From: a virus
Taxonomy: Duplodnaviria > Caudoviricetes
DNA length: 54,684 nt
Direction: 5' to 3' (one strand)
Virus record (IMG/VR): IMGVR_UViG_3300010399_000045
Coordinates: 1-54,684 of that record
The notes beneath the pieces were generated by a model that was given only the letters and a program-made list of their open reading frames with translations, did no database searches and was not told where the DNA came from. The position numbers were made by a program, and so were the translations under genes. This document shows, piece after piece, positions 44,528 to 54,684 of this stretch (positions are counted from its first letter, which is position 1; each line of letters opens with the position of its first letter).

Positions 44528-46446
44528 TTGGCGAACTCCACGGACGCGCCGTGGAGGCGGGCGTTCGCCGTCGCTGACGTGACGACCCTCACGTCCACGA
44601 TCTGACCCGCGGTGACCGAGGCCGTGTGGGTCGTGTCGTTGCAGACGCTAACGGCCGATGTGACGGTGCACGTGATCGAGCTCGCGACGCCCGCCACCAT
44701 CACCGTCATTACAAAGGTGTCGGAGCCACCCGGCGAGCCGCCTGACTTCACACGCAATCGACTGAGCGTGCCGTTGGACGTCGCCGCGAACCCCCCGACG
44801 TCGGCTGTGGTCTGCGTGCAGTTTGACGGGGTTATGTAGGCCGTCGTGTTCGCTGCGATGGTCGCACCGCAGGACCCGAACGCGATAGGAGTTGCGGGTG
44901 ACGAGCACGTGTAGGTACCAGCAGTGAAGTCGCTGACGAACAGGCCGACGCCGCAGGTGACGTTCAATGCCATGTAGGAGAAGGTGGTGCCGTCCGAGTA
45001 CAGCGTCCGACCGATCTTCGTCCCGCTGTCGATCCAGAACGCGGCCTGACCGGACGGCGGCGTGGACGGTGCCGAGACGGCTGTCAGATACAGTCCGTTC
45101 AGCAGGGGCGTCTGGCTGCAGGTGGGATCACCGCTCGCTGTCGTGATGAACGCGTAGCCGGCGGTCTGGCACGCGTCCCCAATAGTCACCGGCAGGAGGC
45201 CGTTGCCGCGCCCAACCATGAGCCGATGATTGGACAGATTCAGCGGGGCCGATACCGACGGCGAGTATCCGCTGGTGATCGGCGACAGCCTGATCGACCC
45301 GTAGGCCGCGGCGAACGTCACCGACGCTTGCCCCCCGATCAGTTCTGCGCCGTTGGGGACGATCGTCCACTGGTTGGTCGCGGCTGTGCCGTTGTTGTCG
45401 AAGATCGTCACCGCCACCGTCTTCGACGCGGCGGCCGGAAGATTGATCGTGCATGCGGCGGCAGCGTTGACGATGATCACAACGTCGGTCGCTGCGACGG
45501 TGATGGGACTGGAACAGGTGCTGGTCTGGGTGGTGCCGCCGGAGGTCGAGACGGCCGACAGCAGCACCTTCTTGAGCTGCCCGGTGCTCTGGTCTGCGAG
45601 CAGCAGCAGATCGGATGCGCTCGGCGTCGTCTGCTGTGTCAGCGCCGCGATCGTCGAGTCCTGCGGCGCAGCCGACGACCCCGTAAAGTTCCCCTTCAGG
45701 GTGTAGGCCGCGCTATTTGACAGCTTGGAGTTGGCCGTAGAACCGGCGACCAGCTGGGAGCCGTCGATCGTCTTGTTGGTCAGCGTGTCGGAAGTCGCGC
45801 GACCGACCAGCGTGTCGGTGGCATTCGGGACGGTGACGGTCGCGGTACCGGCACTCGCCGACAGAGTGTTTCCGTTGATCTTAATAGTGTTCGGGCCGGC
45901 GGTGTCGATCGTCTTGTTGGTCAGCGTAACCGTGTTGTCTGACGTGACGAAGGTACTGCCGCACGCGAACCCCGCGTCGGTCGTCCACTGCAGAGCCGAG
46001 GTCGCCGACGAACACGACGGCATCGCGAACGGGAGCGGCTGCGCGAGGCCTGACGTCGCGTTGGCGATCACCGTGTTCCCGGCGGTAGGCGGTCCGTAGG
46101 ACCCGTACAGAGGACCGACCGTCACGCCTGACACCTGCATGAACAACCCGGACAGGGTCATCCACATGTCGCCGTCTACCGGTGCCGACGGTACGCCGCC
46201 GGGGGCGATGTTGAACGCCGCGAACTGGTTGATCAACAGCGACGAGACGGCGAGGCGGCCGAGGATCGTGTCCCCACCCTTGTTCAAGGGTGTAAAACCA
46301 AGGACGTCCTGCTTCATGGCGAAGTAGGAGTTCCACTGCGCGGCGGTGGGCACCTGCCCACGCGACAGATTCGGCGACGACTGGCCGAACGCCGGCGAAG
46401 CGAGTGCGCACAGCGCGAGGCAGACTGACAGAAAACGCGGGCGCAT
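44524..46446 (-). CDS. Tail fibre/adhesin-like Thr/Ser/Gly-rich protein
   Basis: TLTNKTID repeats, beta-rich composition, tail module position. Confidence 0.7.
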   Translation of the reverse strand: MRPRFLSVCLALCALASPAFGQSSPNLSRGQVPTAAQWNSYFAMKQDVLGFTPLNKGGDTILGRLAVSSLLINQFAAFNIAPGGVPSAPVDGDMWMTLSGLFMQVSGVTVGPLYGSYGPPTAGNTVIANATSGLAQPLPFAMPSCSSATSALQWTTDAGFACGSTFVTSDNTVTLTNKTIDTAGPNTIKINGNTLSASAGTATVTVPNATDTLVGRATSDTLTNKTIDGSQLVAGSTANSKLSNSAAYTLKGNFTGSSAAPQDSTIAALTQQTTPSASDLLLLADQSTGQLKKVLLSAVSTSGGTTQTSTCSSPITVAATDVVIIVNAAAACTINLPAAASKTVAVTIFDNNGTAATNQWTIVPNGAELIGGQASVTFAAAYGSIRLSPITSGYSPSVSAPLNLSNHRLMVGRGNGLLPVTIGDACQTAGYAFITTASGDPTCSQTPLLNGLYLTAVSAPSTPPSGQAAFWIDSGTKIGRTLYSDGTTFSYMALNVTCGVGLFVSDFTAGTYTCSSPATPIAFGSCGATIAANTTAYITPSNCTQTTADVGGFAATSNGTLSRLRVKSGGSPGGSDTFVMTVMVAGVASSITCTVTSAVSVCNDTTHTASVTAGQIVDVRVVTSATANARLHGASVEFAK

Positions 46447-46472
46447 CTTCGTTTCTCTCCTTTTGATAGTTC

Positions 46473-46985
46473 TCACTTGCGGTTGCGCCGTGCGGCAGGA
46501 GGCGCGATACCGGCGAAGGCGCTGACGACCGCGACTTCCTCGTTGATCGCACCTGCCTCGATCGCCGCAACGACCTCCGCCTCCTTGGCGAAGCACCGCT
46601 GCACGTGCGCACCTACAGCAACCGCGATCGCGAGCACCTGGTCGCGCGAGATCTCGATGAAGCCCATGCCGGTCTTCCACTGGAAGGTCGCGTTCTTCGG
46701 GCCGGCCTGGGCCGCCATCGTGGCACCCATGATCAGTGCCTGACTCTGCCGATCGGTGGAGACAGCGATGTTCTCGACCGTGATACCCCCGATCTCGGCA
46801 CGATAGCGTGCCAGGGCCGCCGCAGCCAGCAGCTTGGTGCGCGCGGGTGGGTTCTCGCGCAGGATCGCCTCGATCCTGGCTTTTTGCTCCGGGTCGAGCC
46901 CGTGGTCAACAAGGCGCTCGTCGTCTTCGATGGAGAACGGCAGGCCATTCAGCCCGGCCGCCCTCAGCTTGTCCCATACGCTCAT
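46473..46985 (-). CDS. DUF4376-like tail fibre assembly protein
   Basis: RYRAEIGGI...STDRQSQ...WK...HVQRCF..E. Confidence 0.75.
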   Translation of the reverse strand: MSVWDKLRAAGLNGLPFSIEDDERLVDHGLDPEQKARIEAILRENPPARTKLLAAAALARYRAEIGGITVENIAVSTDRQSQALIMGATMAAQAGPKNATFQWKTGMGFIEISRDQVLAIAVAVGAHVQRCFAKEAEVVAAIEAGAINEEVAVVSAFAGIAPPAARRNRK

Positions 46986-46998
46986 GGTGCGCGGTACC

Positions 46999-48438
46999 TC
47001 ACTGGTTCACAAGAAGTAGGGTCGTGATGTTGTCGACTCGCATGGTGTCAGATACGTTCGCTGACTGGAACACGCTGGTTGCGAAGTGCGATCCGCGCGA
47101 CAGCACAGCACTGGTTGCGTAGGACGACGCCGGTACCCAGGTGTCCTGCTGCACTCGTGCTGCTGTTCCTTGCGCCGCGGCGACAGCGTCGATACCGACA
47201 GCGTAGTGCCCATCGGCGTTGACACCGAGGGTGTCGGCTCGCATAGACGACGCCCCGATGACGACAGCGTACCCATCGTTACAGACAAAGGTGATGCGGG
47301 TCGATGATATCTCGATGAAAGCCGTAGACGTCGTGGTCGACTGCCCGGAGTTATTGGCCGAGAAGGCGCGGGGCTGCGCGTTGAAGTGGCTGGCGAGGCC
47401 TGGGCGGTCCTGCCACAGCGAACCTGCGGTCGTCAGTGCGATGCCGACGTAGGTCGCGGTGAGGTCATTGTTCTGCACCAGCAGCCGATAGACAGGGTGC
47501 GCGGCCGGCGGGTTGGTGTTGTGCACGAGCACGATCGCCGACCCGCTCCAGGTCGCGTAGACGTAACGGATCTGCGAGCTCGATGCGCCTGTCGGTGCGA
47601 CCGCGACACCGGCCGACGGCACCGTGCGAAACACGCCGTTGATGAAGATCTGGTCACCGAAGTAGGGCGTCAGACGCAGGTTGCTGCCGTCGAGGTTCAG
47701 CTGAACCGCGCCGAAGGCCTGGGCCGCGTTCAACAGCAGCGACGACGCTGTCGGGTTCAAGACCTGAAAGCTAGTGCCGTCATAGGTCAGCAGGTAGATG
47801 CCGTCAGCGACCACCGTGCCCGCGGCGAGCGCTGAACCGTCAACGTTGACGAGAGGGGCAGCTCCGAGCCCGTTGAGATTTACGGTGGTCGCCCCGGTGT
47901 TGGTCACGTTGACCTTCACCAGGAAGTGCCGTCCCTCAGCGTAGGCCGCGATCGCCGGGACAGGGGTGCCGACGATCGTATTCGCTGTACCGGTGTCGGT
48001 AACGTAGACGTCGTCGGGCAGGTTGAATCCGACCCAGCCGGCACCACCCGCGTCGGGGTCCGACACGTTGTTATTGATGGTCGACCGCCAGAAGGAGGTG
48101 AAGGCCCCGGCACCCGACCGCGCGATGAGGATGGCACCCTTGGGGTAACCACCGCGGGCGCCGGCGAAGGTCGCATCATAGTAGGCTTGACCGCCGAGTG
48201 CCTGCCAGATCGACCACTGGGTGATCAGGTTCAACAGGCCGTTGAAGTCCTGACCGAACGGAGGCACGCCACCCGAGCCAACAGGCAGAAAGTTCAGGGG
48301 CGGAAAGCCGTCGGTCAGCGAGGCCGCCCCGTCCTGGATGCCGATCTGGGAGGCCTGCGGCACCGTGCGGATGTAGGAGGTTCCCGCCGACGAGGCGAAC
48401 GGGATGTTGAACTTGGACGGGATGTCGGACGACTGCAT
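46999..48438 (-). CDS. Tail fibre protein
   Basis: GAASLTDGFPP...GGVPPFGQDFNG...GGYPKGA baseplate-attachment N-terminus. Confidence 0.85.
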   Translation of the reverse strand: MQSSDIPSKFNIPFASSAGTSYIRTVPQASQIGIQDGAASLTDGFPPLNFLPVGSGGVPPFGQDFNGLLNLITQWSIWQALGGQAYYDATFAGARGGYPKGAILIARSGAGAFTSFWRSTINNNVSDPDAGGAGWVGFNLPDDVYVTDTGTANTIVGTPVPAIAAYAEGRHFLVKVNVTNTGATTVNLNGLGAAPLVNVDGSALAAGTVVADGIYLLTYDGTSFQVLNPTASSLLLNAAQAFGAVQLNLDGSNLRLTPYFGDQIFINGVFRTVPSAGVAVAPTGASSSQIRYVYATWSGSAIVLVHNTNPPAAHPVYRLLVQNNDLTATYVGIALTTAGSLWQDRPGLASHFNAQPRAFSANNSGQSTTTSTAFIEISSTRITFVCNDGYAVVIGASSMRADTLGVNADGHYAVGIDAVAAAQGTAARVQQDTWVPASSYATSAVLSRGSHFATSVFQSANVSDTMRVDNITTLLLVNQ

Positions 48439-48453
48439 TATCCTTTTCCTTCC

Positions 48454-49200
48454 TCAGAAGAACTGCACAACGCTAGCCTTGACACCAGTCGGTTTTGGCA
48501 GCACACCCGAGTTCAACACGATCGCCTGCTCGGACGGACTCAAGGCAAAGTTGAACGTATAGGTCATCGTCATCCGCGGCTGCGCAGACCCATCAAAAAA
48601 TGCAGCCTGATTGAAGCCCGTCACGGTGTCCAGTTGCTCGGCGAAACCGAAGAACAGGATCGGCGGGTTGCCCTCGGTGACGTAGGCGTTACCCCTGTTG
48701 GGGAACAGGGTCATCAGCATCCTGTTGATCGCCGGGATGCTACCCGAGGTGATGTTCGCCGCGGCCTTCGTCAGGATCAAGGTGCGATAGGACTGATCCG
48801 ACAGAAAGAAGTTCTCGGTCAGCGGGGTGCCTGACCACATGGCCGACTGACCGAAGGGGTCGGCGTCGAGGGTACCCATCTCGGCGAACCCGAACCACTT
48901 GCCGACCGTGATCTGCAGGACGCGGTTGACGCCGACAATCCGGCCCCACACGTCCAGCCCGTAGCCCTCGGCCGTGTCCAGGTTCCAGACCTTGTCGAAG
49001 AAGTCGTCAAGGTTCGCGGTCTGGTCGACATAAGAGAAGAAGTTCTGGATCAGCTGAACGATGATCGGCGAGTTGGCGTATTGTGATAGGATCGTGTCCC
49101 AGATATCAAACGGAGGCTGGGTGCCGATCGGCGACTCACCGATGACGAACTCGCCGATCGCGTTGGGGATCGGGCCCCGCGGAAGGTCAGGTCCGGTCAT
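48454..49200 (-). CDS. Baseplate wedge protein (DUF2612-like)
   Basis: SQYANSP, DTAEGYGLDVWGRIVG, LPKPTGV. Confidence 0.85.
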   Translation of the reverse strand: MTGPDLPRGPIPNAIGEFVIGESPIGTQPPFDIWDTILSQYANSPIIVQLIQNFFSYVDQTANLDDFFDKVWNLDTAEGYGLDVWGRIVGVNRVLQITVGKWFGFAEMGTLDADPFGQSAMWSGTPLTENFFLSDQSYRTLILTKAAANITSGSIPAINRMLMTLFPNRGNAYVTEGNPPILFFGFAEQLDTVTGFNQAAFFDGSAQPRMTMTYTFNFALSPSEQAIVLNSGVLPKPTGVKASVVQFF

Positions 49201-50682
49201 CTATGTTTCCAGTATCAGGGTGATGTCCGCGAGCGAGACAGTGGGGGCCTGATCGATCAAGACGGGAGACTCGTCTACCAGCGCGCGGATGGCGTACATC
49301 ACCTGCAGCACCGTCGACTGCGATACGCTCACCCGATAGGTGCCGATACCACCGAGCGTCCCGGACAGGTGTGCGAGGATCATCGTGCCGGCAGCGACGC
49401 CTGATCCCTGCACCGTCTGACCCACAGACAGCGTGCCGGAGGTGATCGCGGTGACGGTCATCGTTCCGCCGATCGAACCTGACGAGATCAATCCTGTGAA
49501 CTGGGCCGAGGTCGTGTTCTGGGTGCCGATCTTGATGTTGACAATCGCGACCGTCGGACCCAGGGCCTCGGCCACAGGCTCGTAGAAGCGCGACGCGAAC
49601 AGGGTCGCGCCGATCGTCGCGCGGGAACCCCCGTCGGCCCCGGCCATCGCCCTGATGATCGCCTGCTGGGTCAGGGTCAGGGCATTCGCTGGTACCAGCG
49701 GGTTCGGCTTGATGGTGACCGAGAATATCACAGGCAGTGGTTCGGGAACCTGGTAGGACACCTGATAGGCCGGGAAGGGCGGGTTGTAACCCTCGCTGGT
49801 GTCGTACACGGTGCGTGTCGTGTTGCCGTTGTACGCGCAGCCTGGGGCCTTCTTCTCCCAGATCGCGCGGCAGATCTCATCTGGGTCACCGCCGACGACA
49901 GCGACGTAGAGCGAGTTCGGTGCGAGTACTACACCGCCGATCGTGCGCGGGGTGTTCTCCACGTTCTCGACGACGTACGCGTCGATCACGCCCTCCAGCG
50001 ACAACACAGATCCCAGGATCGCCGGCAGAAAGCCCAGCGCGTTCTGCGCCACCGACAGTGAACGCCTGCGCTCGAACTGTGCGCGCGTCTCGAGGTCCTG
50101 GCCGAGGATGCCTTCTGTCAGGTTCTCGATCCGATCCCAGCCGAGGATCGTCGAGAAGATGGTGTCGAGCGCACCGGGAGGGCACGGGATCGGTCCGGGG
50201 ATCGTGCAGGCGAATGGGAGGGTAATGGCACCCGAGGCCGGGATCGTTCCTGACCCGGTGCAGGTGTACAGATTGCCGTCAACAGCCTTCGCGGTCGCAC
50301 CGACAGGGATGAGGACGCCCTCCAGCCCCGTACACAGCGCTTCCACGGTTGTGGGCAGGGACGGCTTGCGCTCGATGAAGTAGATGCGCGCGAGGCCGTC
50401 CTGGTACCGACCGAACGAGAAGGCCGGGTCCAGCATCTGGGTCATCATCAGGAACGTGTCGTTGACGTTACCGACGATCGCCGAGATCGAGGCAGCGAGC
50501 TGCCCCTGCGGCGTCGCGTTGGTCAGGCTTCCGTCTGTCGTGCTGAAGTTCAGCACACCGCCGAAGGCGGCCTGCATGTCCTCGATGATGCCGCGCAGGA
50601 TGTCCGACTCCGCGGGCTCGATGAAGCCCTGCGGACCGAAGGTCGGGCCCGGAACATTTGTCGTGACGGTCGTGGTCGCCAT
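49201..50682 (-). CDS. Baseplate J-like protein
   Basis: TPQGQLA, LDPAFS.GRYQD, ETRAQFE.RR, KKAPGC. Confidence 0.85.
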   Translation of the reverse strand: MATTTVTTNVPGPTFGPQGFIEPAESDILRGIIEDMQAAFGGVLNFSTTDGSLTNATPQGQLAASISAIVGNVNDTFLMMTQMLDPAFSFGRYQDGLARIYFIERKPSLPTTVEALCTGLEGVLIPVGATAKAVDGNLYTCTGSGTIPASGAITLPFACTIPGPIPCPPGALDTIFSTILGWDRIENLTEGILGQDLETRAQFERRRSLSVAQNALGFLPAILGSVLSLEGVIDAYVVENVENTPRTIGGVVLAPNSLYVAVVGGDPDEICRAIWEKKAPGCAYNGNTTRTVYDTSEGYNPPFPAYQVSYQVPEPLPVIFSVTIKPNPLVPANALTLTQQAIIRAMAGADGGSRATIGATLFASRFYEPVAEALGPTVAIVNIKIGTQNTTSAQFTGLISSGSIGGTMTVTAITSGTLSVGQTVQGSGVAAGTMILAHLSGTLGGIGTYRVSVSQSTVLQVMYAIRALVDESPVLIDQAPTVSLADITLILET

Positions 50683-50693
50683 TGCCTGCTACC

Positions 50694-51047
50694 TCAGAAG
50701 TCGGCGGCGGTGACGAAGCCGGCCTGATCCCGTACCTGGACCTGCCCTGTCACGGTGCGGCCCTCTATGGACCTGATGAAGCAGCGCGCGGCCAGCACGT
50801 TCGGTACCGTCAGTGCTGCGCGGGTGAACAGCGCCTTCATGAGCGTCTTCGGCGGGTACTTACCCAGCACCTGCCCGAAGTAAGGGATGCCCTGCGACTT
50901 GTCGTACCAGAGCTCGGCCTCGAACAGCTTGATCGAGGAGGCGGCGTCCTGCGCCAACGCGTAGGGCTCGGCGGCGACGGCGATGTTTCCATCAGCTCCC
51001 ACCACCAGGTCCCAGGTCTCGGTGTCGAGTAGGAGTGTTGATGCCAT
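50694..51047 (-). CDS. Baseplate protein (gp25/gpW-like position)
   Basis: WDLV...GNIA...ELWYD..GIPY. Confidence 0.75.
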   Translation of the reverse strand: MASTLLLDTETWDLVVGADGNIAVAAEPYALAQDAASSIKLFEAELWYDKSQGIPYFGQVLGKYPPKTLMKALFTRAALTVPNVLAARCFIRSIEGRTVTGQVQVRDQAGFVTAADF

Positions 51048-51048
51048 G

Positions 51049-51744
51049 TCAGTTGCTGTCCGACTCGTTGATCACGGCGAACACCTTCTCGGACGGTCCG
51101 TCGACCGTGACGACGGCGTGCGCCGCGTTCTTCTTGCCCAGGTCGATCCGGTTAGGCGTCACGTAGACAGCGATGCCGTTCGCGTGCATCCTGATCTCGT
51201 CCTTCTTGATCGAGAAGAACGTCTTCCCCTCGTCGGGGGAGATGGTGATCGTCCCGTTATTGTCGAACTGGATGTAGGAGGTCGGCTTGTCCTTCGACGC
51301 CACGACCCCGACGAACACACCGTCAGCGAAGTCGTTGCGGCGCTTGCTGCCCGGGTTGGACTGTTTGAGGTTCTTTTTGACAGCCGATATGTCGCGGTCG
51401 GCAAAGACAACGAGACCAATATCGCCGTCCTGCGGATCCATGATGATCGCCTGCTTACCGGACTGCGACCGGAAGTACGGCATGTTGTGGACGACCTGGT
51501 GCTTTACCGGCTTCCCCGAACCGTCGACCATGTTGACGAGCGGCAGCACGTCCAGGTAGCCGATCGGCTGCACCTCGCCGGCCTTCCCCTTGCTGTCCTT
51601 CTCACGCGGCTTGTACTTCTTGACCTGAACCAGCGTCGCCGTAGACATGAGCTTTTGGCTCTGCTGGATGTGGAAGTCCCGCTCGGAGAAGCCTGAGGTC
51701 GACGAGGCCGCGTTGTTCTGCCCGAAGTAGCCCTTTCCTGCCAT
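51049..51744 (-). CDS. Baseplate spike (gp138/gpV-like)
   Basis: VLPLVN, DP..GDIGLVVFADRDIS, PGSKR..DFADG. Confidence 0.8.
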   Translation of the reverse strand: MAGKGYFGQNNAASSTSGFSERDFHIQQSQKLMSTATLVQVKKYKPREKDSKGKAGEVQPIGYLDVLPLVNMVDGSGKPVKHQVVHNMPYFRSQSGKQAIIMDPQDGDIGLVVFADRDISAVKKNLKQSNPGSKRRNDFADGVFVGVVASKDKPTSYIQFDNNGTITISPDEGKTFFSIKKDEIRMHANGIAVYVTPNRIDLGKKNAAHAVVTVDGPSEKVFAVINESDSN

Positions 51745-51770
51745 GCAAAAATTCCTTGCTACCAAGAATC

Positions 51771-52631
51771 TCAGGAGGACACGGTTGGCCCCTGGCCTTC
51801 CCTGATGCCCTCGATCGTCACGAACCAGTGGCCCTTGGGGACCTCGGACTCGAGATCATACTCTAACCTATTGATCATCCAGTCTCCGCAAGCTGGAACG
51901 ATGTCAGACTTCACGGTGAACTTCTGCCTGTAGGACAGCGCGCGCGAGAACTCCTGTTTGACCAGCACCCCGACCGCTGTAAAACCCGGGTAGGACACCA
52001 TGCCTGTTTCCGGCGCGACCAGCAAGCCTCCACCTCCGCGTGCCTTGTTCTGCGGCATGATGGCGAGCACGTTGCGGTCGATCACCCATGATATGCCGGC
52101 CGCCGCCGCGATCTGTTTGACCATGTTGCGCGGCGAGCCCCACAGGTAGGGCGAGTCCAGCTTGACGTTCACCCCGTGGTTCTCGAATAGGGAGACCTCA
52201 TCCATCTGACCCTGCACCTTCTTCAGGATCGTGGCGACGTCGGTACTTCCGTCAAACGACATGGGTTCGACCGGCTTCATCGCGTCGAGGAGGCCGGCCT
52301 GCGCGAGGATGTGGAAGGGGACCAGCGGCGCACCTTGAAAGTCCGGCCACGCCTGGGTGATGGTGCCGCGGAAGATCTCCGACATCCCGTTGACGTCGTC
52401 GCCAGCCTCGATGATCAGGGTGTTGCGCTGGTACTCGGTGACGCGCTGCCCGAATGTCGCAAGCTGGTTCATGGTGTCGAGCGTCAGTCCGTAGATAAGC
52501 ACGTCCGCTGTCCCCATCTGCACCTCGCCGGCCATAGCGACGCGCACCGAGGTCTTCAGGCCCTCCTCTGTTAGCCCGGCGATCTTGGTGCCGGACACCG
52601 TCAGCTTGATGCGGCGACGTGCAAAGGTCAT
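51771..52631 (-). CDS. Baseplate hub protein
   Basis: IYGL...MNQL, IEAGD, F.GTI..AW.D, ETGMV.YP. Confidence 0.78.
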   Translation of the reverse strand: MTFARRRIKLTVSGTKIAGLTEEGLKTSVRVAMAGEVQMGTADVLIYGLTLDTMNQLATFGQRVTEYQRNTLIIEAGDDVNGMSEIFRGTITQAWPDFQGAPLVPFHILAQAGLLDAMKPVEPMSFDGSTDVATILKKVQGQMDEVSLFENHGVNVKLDSPYLWGSPRNMVKQIAAAAGISWVIDRNVLAIMPQNKARGGGGLLVAPETGMVSYPGFTAVGVLVKQEFSRALSYRQKFTVKSDIVPACGDWMINRLEYDLESEVPKGHWFVTIEGIREGQGPTVSS

Positions 52632-52948
52632 GCGTCAAATCCCAGATCGGCCAGATCCTGCGACGACAGGTAGGCCAGCGAATAGCGCGTACCCAGACCT
52701 GTGTAGACAGGGTCCGTCTCGCTCTGATTGTCAATGAAGATGAAGTCCCCATCAAACGCTAGGTAGACAGAACGCACGATACGGTTGAGGTTCTGGCAGA
52801 TCACCCCGCCGACGATCAGGACGTCGTCGACCAGCAGGTCGAGGAACAGACCGTAGAACCGCTGGTACACGCGCAGAGTGACAGCCTGCTCTGCGAGCAC
52901 GGTGTTGAGTATCTGCGACGGGGCCGCCTGCAGCGGGATGATCAGCAT
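52628..52948 (-). CDS. Baseplate/tail-associated protein
   Basis: IPLQAAPSQ...DP.Y.GLG.RY.L.Y. Confidence 0.7.
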   Translation of the reverse strand: MLIIPLQAAPSQILNTVLAEQAVTLRVYQRFYGLFLDLLVDDVLIVGGVICQNLNRIVRSVYLAFDGDFIFIDNQSETDPVYTGLGTRYSLAYLSSQDLADLGFDA

Positions 52949-52963
52949 GGTTGCGAGCTACCT

Positions 52964-53581
52964 TCAGGTCGCCGCGGTCGCCGCGGAGCTCTGGTTGCCG
53001 GTCGGGGCTGTCGGCTGCACGTTGCCGCCCTGCAGAGGGTCGGCACCTGATGGGGAGGCCGAGTCACGCACGGTCGTCGCGCCCTGCACGCGCACCTCCT
53101 GCACCATCACGTCGACGACGATCATGCCGACACCGTTGGTCGTGGTGCGCCTATAGTCGTAGCGCACCATGTTGGCGTTGACGTAGACGACCTCGGGCGT
53201 GACGATGTTGTAGAGGTCAAGGGTCGGCAGGGCTGCGGCGACCGACAGCAATAGCGCCTCGCGCGCCGCCTGGGTGCCGCCTGCGACGAACTGCACACGC
53301 GCCTCGTACGGCCTGTCGACCTTGTCATACGACTGGAACGAGCCCCGCTCCAGCGGAAAGTCGGCAACCACCTCCTCGCCCTTGTAGTCGAATGCCGTCA
53401 CCGTGTCGGCCGTGATGACAGCGCGACCGCCGAGGTAGAGTCCCCACTGCGGGCGCAGGCCGGCGCCGAAGCCGACGGTCTCGTCCCGATCCATCAGGTC
53501 GGGCGGTGCCGGGGCGGCGACCCCCGGCTCGCGGATCAGCGGCGGGACGCCCGGTGCGATGGGAACGACTGGGAAAGGCAT
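52964..53581 (-). CDS. Tail tube initiator/baseplate-associated protein
   Basis: FPLERGSFQSYDKV..P, IVTPE; position after tape measure. Confidence 0.65.
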   Translation of the reverse strand: MPFPVVPIAPGVPPLIREPGVAAPAPPDLMDRDETVGFGAGLRPQWGLYLGGRAVITADTVTAFDYKGEEVVADFPLERGSFQSYDKVDRPYEARVQFVAGGTQAAREALLLSVAAALPTLDLYNIVTPEVVYVNANMVRYDYRRTTTNGVGMIVVDVMVQEVRVQGATTVRDSASPSGADPLQGGNVQPTAPTGNQSSAATAAT

Positions 53582-53582
53582 G

Positions 53583-54684
53583 CTAGTTGGGCCCGTAATT
53601 CGCCTGGTTCATCTGGGAGGCGCGGTCGATCGCGGACGGAAGTTCGCGCGCGATGCCGTAGGCGTCGGTCGCCTGGGTGTGCACGTTGAGCGATCCGATG
53701 TGCGTCTCCGCGCGCGACGAGTTGTTGCTGACGGTCGAACTCTGGTTGAAGAATCCGGTCCGCACCATCTGGTCGACCATCGGTGTACGCGGCCGCAGCT
53801 GATTTGACGCAGACTGCTCGCGCGCGATCTCAGAGAAGGTGGGGCCCTTCTCAGCGGCGGTAGTTGCCGACTTACGCACCTGCGCCTGCTGGCGCTCGCG
53901 CCACTGCCGCGAACCGGGGTAGCCCCAGTCGTTGAACCGTTCCTTGTTGATGTTGATCCCGATCCCGCCAGCCTCATAGTTCGGGTCGCCTTTGCTCCCC
54001 TGGTCGGTATACCCCTCGATGGTGTTGCTGCCAGCGAGTGCAGCGTCGGTCCGCCTGTTCATCTGCGCTGCAAACTTCGGGTCGTTCATCTTCTGCAGAT
54101 GCGCGTTGATCGACCTGTTGCGTATCGGATTGTAGAAGCTCTTTCCGCCGCCGATCGACGGGTGGCCGACGATCATGTCGCGCAGAGTCAGCGGGGGAAG
54201 GCCGCGCTTGGCGCGCGCCTGGTTGACCATCGCCGTCCGGTTCATAAGAGACTCGGCAACCGCCGGCCCGGCCCCCGGATTCTCGGAGCTGATGACAGCA
54301 CCCAGCAGCTTGCGCGTCTCCGGGTTCTCCTCCAGCTCCTTGGCAAAGGGTGCTCGCTGGGAGGCGAGGAAGGCGTTACCCGTCTTCGACAGGTCGCCAC
54401 CCAAACCAGCATCGGCTGCTCCACCGATTCCACCACCCCCTTGACGTCTGCCACCCCCGGACCCCGCATCGCCTCCTGGCGATCCCGCACCGCGCCCGAA
54501 ATTGCCGCCCCCACCGGAGCCAGACCCGCCCCCACCGCCGAGCGAGGCCTGCATGACACGGGCGTCGCCGAACTGCCCCCCACCGCTCGGACTGAACGCG
54601 GAACGCTGGAAGCCGAGGATATTCATCAGCCCGTCCAGGATGCCCTTTTTGGTACCCTCCTCCGCGCCCTTGCGCGTGGCGTCC
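53583..54684 (-). CDS. C-terminal part of a tape-measure-like tail protein with putative cell-wall hydrolase domain (5' truncated by window)
   Basis: Frame open to the window end; Gly-rich linker; SENP...AVAESLMNR; IGSLNVHTQATDA C-terminus. Confidence 0.65.
   Translation of the reverse strand, partial: DATRKGAEEGTKKGILDGLMNILGFQRSAFSPSGGGQFGDARVMQASLGGGGGSGSGGGGNFGRGAGSPGGDAGSGGGRRQGGGGIGGAADAGLGGDLSKTGNAFLASQRAPFAKELEENPETRKLLGAVISSENPGAGPAVAESLMNRTAMVNQARAKRGLPPLTLRDMIVGHPSIGGGKSFYNPIRNRSINAHLQKMNDPKFAAQMNRRTDAALAGSNTIEGYTDQGSKGDPNYEAGGIGININKERFNDWGYPGSRQWRERQQAQVRKSATTAAEKGPTFSEIAREQSASNQLRPRTPMVDQMVRTGFFNQSSTVSNNSSRAETHIGSLNVHTQATDAYGIARELPSAIDRASQMNQANYGPN

Overview
Contiguous segment of a high-GC dsDNA tailed phage with a contractile-type baseplate; the host is probably alphaproteobacterial (inference). 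Plus strand: an early/accessory region of small ORFs (1-10 kb), then a replication, recombination and nucleotide-metabolism block. That block holds a primase, a sigma-like factor, the 7-deazaguanine genes queD/queC/folE/dpdA-like, a beta clamp, a UDG-fused family A polymerase, a clamp loader, UvsY-like and SSB proteins, a broken HNH nuclease, RecA, a resolvase, ThyX, a nucleotidyltransferase and SbcD/SbcC. Minus strand (38.4-54.7 kb): lysis, tail fibre, baseplate and the end of a tape-measure-like gene. The standout feature is an array of 11 type II hammerhead ribozymes between 219 and 7590. Each has the full catalytic core (GAAA...GUC...CUGANGA), covarying stems and a covarying loop I/3'-tail pseudoknot. 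Nearly all sit just after a stop codon, and all sit just before the next gene's RBS. They are predicted to cut the early polycistron into short gene-sized RNAs, and their two halves appear reassorted at the cleavage site. All gene calls come from visual motif recognition, not database searches.
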